Origin: Magallana gigas
Lineage: Eukaryota
Length of the DNA: 64,000 bases
Reading direction: 5' to 3'
NCBI RefSeq assembly: GCF_963853765.1
Contig: NC_088854.1
Location: forward strand, 20,522,001-20,586,000
Numbering within the stretch: the first letter of the stretch is position 1; each line of letters begins with the position of its first letter. The translations under genes were made by a program, and so were the position numbers. Under the pieces are notes generated by a model. The model saw nothing but the letters and a program-made list of their open reading frames with translations, had not been told where the DNA came from and made no database searches. Below, in pieces: positions 36,901-47,486 of this stretch.

Positions 36901-38403
36901 TGTACAAACCATGAAAAAAACCAGAACATTTATGACCTTAGAGAAACACAGAAAACAGACTTTATTAAGGAAACACCTCACGAACTTAAAAGAAAAACAA
37001 GAGGACATAAAAAGAAAGAAGAAGAAAAAAGAAGACGAACTTGACAAAGTCATAGACCACATCAGAGAAGAAGGACTGTGGGACACTAAAAGTAAAATTG
37101 ATAGTGAACTCCAGAAAATTAAAACCAAAAAAGACAGATTGTCATCCTTAAAAAAACAAATTAACATCCACAAGAAAGTATTTCAAATCAGCAAACAGCA
37201 TAAACATTTATTAAATTTTAGCAAAAAAAGGAAAATTATATGACGAAGGAACATTAAGAAACAATCTAGTAATGTTAATGACTTTAAGAAAAGATAATAG
37301 TGAAACAACTGTCTGCGAAACCTCCTTTTCTCCCATGGACCTGCTCAGTAGAGAGATTATACATACCTGGTCCGAAGATGGCGAGGATGTTCAGTGGGAG
37401 GGAAAAATATTAAGCCATGCTAATGGAGTTTTTAAAGTAATTTAGTCACAAAATTGCACTGCATGATTCTTACAAAAATGGTGTAAATGGCATCCTACTC
37501 CCCTAACCAAGACAAATAATTACTTTTACTTTATGTAAAACGTCATTAAAAGTTATAGCATATTTACTCAGATATATAATTCATTAATCATGAATGGTAC
37601 AATGGCGAGCATTTTACTTACTTAATGTGTTTTAATATATATCAATTTGATACGTTACTAAATTTTATATAAACTTAATAAAAGAGTAATAATAAAAGAG
37701 TAATAATGTTTAACACTGAATCCAAAAGATATTTAAAATTTAGTAAACTGTTCAATGTTTCATGTTTTTGTTTGTCTACGTCAGTGTTTGTGTTTGTGTA
37801 TAAATGTTAGTGTATGTGTTCAAAGTCATATTTAAAAAAAAAAATGAATTTTATCATTAAATTTTTGATTTTAATATTCATAATATCATTTTATAAGGAC
37901 AGACATTACAATTATTTAAATATTTCAGGTTTTGTATTGGAACGATAAAGAAAAGACAGACAGCAGTGTGTTTGACTTGACGGAACAAGAAATAAACAAA
38001 GACATTGAGGACGGAAATTTATTCTTTAAAGGTATTATAATGTTAAATGTATCTATTGGGTTACATTAAATATATTACATTTTATTTATAAAAAAAACCA
38101 CATAACCGGTATTTCATTTATTTTAGACGCAGTAACTAGATTGGATCATTCCTACATTTGAAAAAGACTATAAAAAGAGGAGTTGTCTTTCATAGGTAAT
38201 TTCACTATTATAAAGAGTAGGAGTTATGACCCTTTGGTCACAAGGCCAATTTAATTTGACCAACATATATAGATGATTTGCATATTTATTAACCATCAAC
38301 CAATGAAAAGCTGTTTAGTTCTAGTCAAGGTATGGACAAAGAAACAAGGTTTTGCAAGTTTACTGAAGAAAATTTTATTTTTAAATTTTAGGTGGACTAG
38401 TTA
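33919..38403 (+). mobile_element. hAT-superfamily DNA transposon with 7-bp TSD (hATw-like)
   Basis: TIR TAGCTAGTCCAGCTAA / TTAGGTGGACTAGTTA (14/16). TSD CATCATG at 33912-33918 and 38404-38410. Empty site CATCACG at 54669-54675. Confidence 0.8.
34826..38031 (+). pseudogene. hAT-like transposase with frameshifts and a C-terminal Tudor/Spin-like module
   Basis: TMHRDATTKK (D), FMTDRSSTE (D), CSVH (CxxH), GNRFN, PTSNICVEQLMG (E). Frame breaks at ~35100-35350, ~35715 and ~37000-37240, several in A-runs. Final exons ~37260-37436 and 37929-38031. Confidence 0.75.
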
Positions 38404-39031
38404 CATCATGTACTCGTTGTTTTGATATAAAAATGTTGCAACCTATATATTCAATGTATTATTGTTAATTTCTTATTAAATTAGTGGCATCGAATATCAA
38501 GATTACGATTTCATGACCATCGTTTTAGGTCACCTTGTCTTAAGAATAACACATATTATTGCTAATGATTTGACTACCTCTTGATAGCTTAAATCATACC
38601 ATGCATGACGAAGAGTAGTTTGTTTCTATCATAAAAGAAGCGCTGTGCTTCTGATCTTGATAATATTTCACATTCTGTAAAAAAGATAAAGTTGCTGAAG
38701 AATGAAAAACGTGTTTAAAATGACGTTCTTTTATTATCCATTTGTTAAGAAAAAGTAAATACATAATCTCCATCTGAAACCAAAGTTGCAGTAACTGTTC
38801 CAAATTTGAGTATTTGGCTTGTTCACTCTTTAATGTTTAATGCCAATTTGTTCGGTTATGGGCCAAATTGCTTTAAAAACGAGCCTCTGTTGATGAAACT
38901 GAATATTTAAAGTTTATCGATGCAGAAACAATCTACAAGATCCTAAGATAATCTGTCAGACAACTAAATTTTAAAATAGCAACTATATGTCATAATGAAC
39001 AAGACGTCATAAAGACTATTCACAGCCTTCC

Positions 39032-40453
39032 TCAGTTTGCCTTTCTAGTTTCACAAATAAATAAATACGTGCAAAGACTAATACAACTTATAAATAGCAT
39101 TGTGCCCCCACTTCTAATGATGCAGTTTGTTGCACCCTTATTTGTCATAACTGTGGTTTTGCAAGGGTTATTGTACTTGGTTGTTGGTTTCTGTGTGGGT
39201 TTGGTTAGTGTTGGACCACTATAACATGTACCACAGCAAATGGAAGGATTAACCGGACAAATACGAGTATAACAACCAGAAGCTCTGTCTCCATACTCAC
39301 ACCCTACAGAGAAAAATCAGATCACACATTGAAGTTATATGTCTGCATATAGCATTCTTGGCAAAGTAATATTTTTCAGCTATTATAATGTTTTTTATTT
39401 AGATACTTATCTTTCAAAAATATCAGATTTAGAGTCTTTCGATACCATTGAAATGACAATCAACGCTTGTCTATACTTTAAAGTCATAGTCTTGGCAAGG
39501 ACAATTAGCCCATTAATTTTTTATCGCTTCCTAGTTATGGAAAATGTGGGTGGAAGGTCCGAGACAATTTGAAAGTTTCTAAATTTTAGAATAACAAAAT
39601 TTGACCCAGAATTTTACGTAGAAGTGATTGTTTGGGTTGAAAAAGCAGGTAACTATCAAATCGTTTCAAACCTGCTATTCCGGTGTTGAAGTATCTGCAT
39701 TGCTGGCAACATTTGTCTTTTACGCGATAACAGACCCATGGATAATCACTTATGTCCTCAAAAGAACAAGTGATTTCTTTACTGCTATAAGTCATGACTA
39801 CTCCTTCAGCATCTCCATATAAGCACGCATCTACAATATAATGAAAAACCATCTATTTTACTTGAGTCTTGACGTTCGTCGTTTTATTGTTATCATATGC
39901 TAATATTGCTATCTAATTTTGATACAAGAGTTACTAGTATAATGCATATATAAGTCTGTTTCTGTGGCATTGTATAATGTCATACCAAATAAAAATAAGT
40001 ACTTTGATTGAATTGCACCTGATAAGAAAGTTAGAGTGTTGCCAAATGTAAAACGTTGGGATAAATGTTTCAGTGTATTTACTAAAATTCTTTCCAGCTT
40101 TGTTCCTATTCAACAAAATCTCTTACGATACCTTTTTCTTTTTCAAAAAGCTATTAACAAAAAACAATTTTCCATGATTGTATTGAACAAAATTCCAATA
40201 AAAGTCTGGTCCTGCGGACCACTTGGCAATCTACTGAGCCACAAAACTGAACATAAATTCAATGTTTAGCAAAGATTATTGTTGTTTGATCTGTTAAATA
40301 AAATACACTTTTAACTATATCTGCAATTTGATCATGGTAAAGATTTGGTAGAGATATTCTCTTGAAATAACTATTATATACCATCTCCAGGAGGCGCACA
40401 CTCATCATACTTGCACTTGCCAGAAATACACCACTGAAAAAAAGAAAAGAAAA

Positions 40454-40521
<68 letters not shown>

Positions 40522-40867
40522 GTTTTCAGTAGACGATAACACAATAATCCATTTCTTTCAAATTTAATCCAGAGCGCTTTCGCCTGATCGGCTCTTCAGT
40601 GGATTTCAAATTATAACAGAAATAACAAACGTTGACGTCGTTATTATATATATATACTTAAATAAATAAAACAGAATGCGACAGTCCAAATTAAATAAAT
40701 TGTTTACTGTTAGCGCTTTCAATTGACAACGTTACAAACAACGTTTTTCATTTTGTATAACTGTCTGAAGAGTCGACATGGCTGAAAGCGCTAACAGTAA
40801 ACAATTTATTTAATTTGGACTGTCGCATTCTGTTTTATTTATTTAAGTATTTTTTGCTGTACCAAGG

Positions 40868-40951
<84 letters not shown>

Positions 40952-41234
40952 GGAAAAAAAGTAAAGTGAGCAGCGATATCCTTCGTTTTACAAATTAAGA
41001 AAAAAATCAATCTAAGTAAAATTAGAACCTTTTTATTTCCACACTGAAGGCCATTTCCTGCAACAGCAGAGGTACAAACACCACTTCCGTCTGTTTTCCG
41101 ACACCAAAGTGTAGTGCAGATACTCGAAAAGTTACCATCATAAAGACCCTATGATACATAAGCTATGAATATACATATCAGTTTATTAACTCGATTTCTA
41201 ATTAAGTCGTATTCCAATTTATGCTCTCTCTCTC

Positions 41235-41302
<68 letters not shown>

Positions 41303-44094
41303 TATATGTTACATACGACCATACCCTACAAAACGAAGAACCTGGTCCAACGATGTGTCGACAGTGAGAATCAGCATCATAAATTTCTCCCGGAAGTGAC
41401 GTATACTGTTTAAGTATTCCAGAGTCATAACTAGGACTTAATACAGTCATGCAGTTTTTATCGTCTCTGTTTTAACAAAAATAATTTTTGCCAACATAAA
41501 AAAATATGTACAATGATGCATAAAATTACACGATAACTTAAAAAAGTATTTGAGAGCAGTAAATAGTTAGACGAACATATAGATAATTGTCATCCTATAA
41601 TGTGATGCTTACTGGTTAAGTTTGTTTATAAAGGTTGTAAAATAGTTGACAGAGCATGTTGAGAATTTCCATGGATTTTGGTTTTGCACTGGCCTACTGA
41701 TTGCTGACATTATGTAAGAATCATCGCTGTCACACGCATTACCACTGCCGTCATGCTGAGCACCTAGTCTGGCAGATGGAATATCATCCGAAAATAAATT
41801 TAAAAACTATATCTGAATTTAAAAAGGTTAAGAACATGTATATGAAATTGAAATTGAATTTAACATTTTACAGGATCTTTAAACATAAATATGCACGTTA
41901 AAAAAATAAAAAAGGAACGATTCTTGGTGTGTTTTTGAATACCCGTGTCCTAATTCATGTGCAGCTGATGTGAGTACAGCAAAATCAAAATGATCTTCCA
42001 CCACCGATACCGACTGGTCTGAACACATGCCTGATACGTAGGCAAGTCCCACATTGCTAGAAGATCCTTTGTTGGTAAAGTCATACCTTTGTGAAAAGAT
42101 TGTCATGTTTAAGAAATATTAATTTGATCTACAGCCGCATATATGCATATAACAGGACATCAGAACATGCATGTAATCATAAGCGTCAAGTAGTGCAAAT
42201 GCAAAAGTAATGCACATGAATCACAAATAAGTGGTTTATGGGCCACATATTGTTGGCCATACTAACTTGCAAACGTAGAGAGGGTGTTTCCCAGGTAAAG
42301 TGTTTAAACCCCATTGTGTCTCCTATTTATACCTATTGTGGTTTATGATTGAAAATTTCGGATTATTTAAAAATTTACTAGTATTTTTATGATGAACACC
42401 CAATTGGGGTTATTGTCTCGCTCTGATATTCTTTGCAAAAACAGACTTAAATCGAACATCTTGGAGGAAAGTTATATAAAGGTTTTAAATAAAACTGGCT
42501 GTTTGAATCTGAAAAAGAATATTCCACAATGCTGTATCTTAATTGTATTGTTTCAATTTAACGAATAAAGGCAATGCATCTTAATAAACATAATTTGTTT
42601 ATCCAAAATGCTGTGTGTCAGGTTTTGAAAAAATATCAGCAGTTCTAAAGAACATATACGTGACTGAAAACTTAACAGCATGGTCGACAACAAGACTTAA
42701 AGTGCCAGATAAAGAACTAGGTACGGTAAACACCAAAAACGGCCCTATCTCCAAATTAAACAATATTGTACCAAAAGGTAGACATAACTATGTAATTTCA
42801 TAAAATAGAAAGGTTTTGATAATGAGACCATTATTTTTATCTGTACCACTGCTCCAACGTAAGGTCCTTTCAATAACGTTTCAATGACGTCGTTTAAACA
42901 GTGCAAAGTGATTGGTGGTTTTTAAAATAAGAATTATGTACATGTATAACTAGTCTTAATAATTGTAATCCATGGCTGCATTCCGCTTTAAAACTAACCT
43001 AAAAACCAAATGAGGTAAAATTGTGGCATTTATGTCATTTAATCATGTATATATGTATACTAGTTTAGATTCAAAGTACATAAAAATCCTAACATTTCGT
43101 ATTTTTTCTGAAAAGATTAATAATGAAATCCATTCTAATTCAACAAACAAACAAGTGTTTAATAAATAAACATCAATAACCAGTAAAATCAAATCATGCA
43201 TTGATTTACATTTTTAGTTGAATTATTAAATTAAGTTTAATCGATGAAAACGTGTTTTCTTTCATAAATCTGTTCAGGTGCATACTGTACACATTACATA
43301 TACCGCACAAGTTACATGTAAGTCTGCTAGCTACTCTTCCTGTCCCTGATTATCCAGGGCGTCTTCATCTTCGGAGCTGTCAATGGCTCGAACTGCATCG
43401 TCCACATCCTCTGTCCAATCCCGAACGCCAAGAGACTCATCTCCTGCATTATTATGATGTCTGGCAAAAGCCAAGTACCAAATAATGCAGGATATGTGCC
43501 CACTCATTCCAACGAATCATGCCCCATTCTTACAAGTACAGTACCAGGACAAGATAGTTTCACAGTATTTAATCCACAGTGAGTACTTTTTGGCTGATAT
43601 GTGGCGGCTTTGAATTTTAGCACAAACGATATTGGGAACGTCATTGCTCACCAGAATTTCAACCATTCCATCATCTGTGAGGGCTCTGCTGCATAAGACT
43701 TCGCCGTCTTTAACTGATACACGCCGATGGTGAGTTCTCTAATGTCCTCTTCAGCAAGTCTGGGGAAATCCTTTACGATGTTGCTGTCGGCATCGATGGA
43801 AGTCGATTTCATGGATCTTTTATCCAGTCCAACAGTATTCAAATGTTTCGAGCTTCAAAACGCATATACATATTTGTATATAGTTTATACATGTATACAT
43901 GTCTTTTATATAAGTATTTGCACATTTGCCATCTAGGCAAGACAAAAATCTTGCTTTCGATGACGAACGGCCTAGATGGCCGAGTGGGGAGCGCGGTGGC
44001 CGCTCACTGCTATGAGAATGGGTTCCAGAGGTCGTGCGTTTAAGCCTCGGTCGAGGCGGACGGTGGAGCTCCAAGAAAAGTGAATTTCTCTGTG

Positions 44095-44132
<38 letters not shown>

Positions 44133-46072
44133 CTAGAACCGATTTGGTTGGACTTTTCCGACCGCGTCGCGTTCAATTCTACCAACTACGTCATACATAA
44201 ACAATACCCGCACCTTAACCGCAATTTTTTTTATTGGTGGATTCAGCTTACCGCTGATTGGTTGCTGGTTAACTCAGACTAAATTATGCGAGGACAGAAA
44301 AACAACATATCAAAGAATGAAAAATTCACATGGGTACTCGTGACTGTCGAAATTGGGCTATATTTCGAAAGTGTACACTTGTGATAAAAATACATACGGT
44401 GCATACATATATAGCTGTAGCTCTATGTAGAAATTTTGGGGTTAGTAAATATAAAGCTACAGTGCATACAATACTTACATGTACAAAAAAACTTTACGGC
44501 AATTTACCGAGCATAAAAATAACGCTATTTTTGAAAAGATTTACATCATACCATACCACATTTTGTGCAAATAATCCATTTAAATAATTCTTCATTTAGT
44601 TTACTACTGATAATTATAATAATTGTAGCTTTACTCGCCCCAAACTTTCTCCTATTAAACAACCTTTATCCTTACTCGGAAAGCGGATTTTTTATGTATG
44701 TAAACAAACCAGTGTACATGTATGGAGCTGTTGATCGGTGGTTCAGAGACAGGTAAAATAAAGAAATCTGCAGTAAATTGTTTGGGGATATTTTATTATA
44801 TATACATTTACACCGAAAGTGATAGTGCAATAGAAGAGAAACGAATCAGACACTTGCCTAATGAAGACACACTTGCATTCTCGTCGATTGCCGATTGAAA
44901 TGTGTAGAAATCAAGGAATTCATATCTATCACTTCGACTGGCAAGTTAGTAGGTAATACATGTGCATTATACATTTACGATATTTACATGAAATGAACGC
45001 TTAGCACATGCAACTTTTAAATATTATATTTTTTTATAACGCCGTACTCTGGACCGTAGCTTGAGGCTATGGTTCAACGCTCGTTTACAGAGACAGAGAG
45101 AGAGAGAGAGAGTTTTGCACAGAATTTAAACATATGGGATAGTCGATAATGACTCCATATTAGGGGAAAATGAACTGTTCTGAGAAATCCTTCAGCTCTG
45201 GCATTGCATGAGCGTGTACTGATTACTCCGCCTAAGAAAAGGAGTTGACCAATCATGAAGTTTTCACAACGGCAGCGTGTATAATTTATGCATGACGTAG
45301 CTGACAGAAATGCTAGTGACGCTATAGGAAAAATCCAACCAAAGCGGTTTTGATAATATATATTTTCTATTCAACATATCATTTTCAAGAACAAACTGTT
45401 GTAGTTCGTTTGTTTTCTTGGCCAGCATTATCATTTTAGAAGCGACTGCAATATCATCATCAAATTTTCCTGAGGGGATCGGAGGCCGATATTTGTTGTA
45501 AAGACTACAAACAATCCTGACGTAGTCTCCGATAAATGGAATCTGACTGTTTGCTTTTTGCCAAGATATTTCCATGTTTTCACCCGACCGTTAACAGATT
45601 CAACAACCAATCTGACCTATAATAAACCAACTCTATTTAGCATTTCAATTTTTTTCCTGTGAAATAAAAGCTTATGCTCATATCGGTACATACTCGGTAT
45701 GTAAGTATTGTGTATGATATAGTGATAGTAAAAGAATAAAACATTTAGACTAATCATTTATTTACTTTTGTAACGAGCCTGGGGTTGTTTGCCTCTTCTG
45801 TTGACAGTTGTTTTTTAGCTTTTAGGATAAACGCAGGCATCTCCATTCGAATACCAAGGTCGTTTAAAACAGACTCTGAATCACGGAATCCTCTATCTAC
45901 CACAAATATATCGTCCTCTTTGACCCATCTCTCTCTGTATTTCCTCGGTGTACAAAAGAATGTAATGGTTCAGAATTGAGGAGTCCTTTTTCTTTGGATC
46001 TGCTAGGTACGGGCCAAGGACACTGGCGATATATTCTGTCGTTGAAACAATCATCATATGCTTCAAAAGTGG

Positions 46073-46153
<81 letters not shown>

Positions 46154-47367
46154 TCCGTCCAGCACCAGTATTGCAGGGGCAGTTGTTATGTCTGAAAGTA
46201 GTTGTTGTGCAAGTGGCCTTGTATGGGTCTTAATAATCTCCTCTCTGGTGATGTGGAGAAACCCAATGTTCCTCGTGACATAGTCTGACATAAGAGCCTT
46301 TCTTGCAGACTGTACTGCCCTGCGAATCTGCAAAATATACCTTAATTGATACAAATCGATATTTTTATTATTTGTATACTCAGTACTGTGAGAACATATT
46401 TGCAAATATAACTTTATTGAAATATAAACCTGATATTTTGTCAAATTAAAGATAGTTTCGAGCATTTGGTTGTCCATTCCACAGCGTAGTTTTGTCAGAA
46501 GAATGGCTAAGCAGGTACGGATTGACCTCGTCTTTGTAGGCCTAATGTTGTTCACATGAGTAAGGACGTCATCATAATGCTCCCTGGTGAGTCCAGTTAC
46601 GATGTGGTAGTCAGAGTCACTCAAACATGTGGGATCATCGAACTTAAATCGTTTACCATCCTTTTTAATGACTCTGACCTGCTGTAGAAGCTCAAGTATC
46701 GATGTTCTGTTCAGATTACAATACCTTTGATGGCTCTAACTTTTTCCAAGGCATCTTTTGAAAGAATTCCATCTTCAATATGATATGGACAGCACCTTGA
46801 CCCGGATTTGGCAAATAGTTCACTTTGAATATAGGCCTAAATCTGGCATATGTTGAAGCAACAATTAACTTCGGTCCAGGCTTCTTACAAACAAAACAGT
46901 GTGGGTGACTTGTACTTGTGCTTGGAATGGCTAGTGTCACCGACGGTGGACTTCTGTCTAAATACCGAGGCCTTGGTACCTTCACGGGCGTATTATGAAC
47001 ATCTGAGGCAGATCTTTGACTTTGTGCTATTGTGATTTTATTTTGCTTTTTCTTGTAGCAAAGATGGGAGCATATGTTACATTTCACTGCTGATGCCGAG
47101 ATATCAAAAATTGCAAAATATTTTTCTAAGATCCTTCTTGTTTCATCAATAAATTTCCTCCTTTCCTTTTGAGTATGACGTGTTTTGCATTACACAACTA
47201 TAATGTTTGGATTCATTCATTCTGGAATAATTCAGCATGAGAGAAATCAATACATGTGTACATATGTACTTAAGTAAAAATTTAAAATAAGCACATATCT
47301 ATCTTATTTTCTTTGTAATATTTAATTATATTTAATATTTAATTATAGTATACTTGGCAGTCAGTGT

Positions 47368-47404
<37 letters not shown>

Positions 47405-47444
47405 TGAAATTTAAATTGAATTCCTTCCTTGATTGACCTCCATA

Positions 47445-47486
<42 letters not shown>

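Larger units (their letters stand above)
32918..39145 (-). pseudogene. Copy B of the prodomain and early catalytic exons of the metalloprotease gene
   Basis: Colinear with 53631-55750, roughly 85-90% identical by eye. The exon matching 54569-54707 is split by the hAT insertion. The exon matching 54063-54171 has a ~40-bp deletion removing RHKR. Confidence 0.85.
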
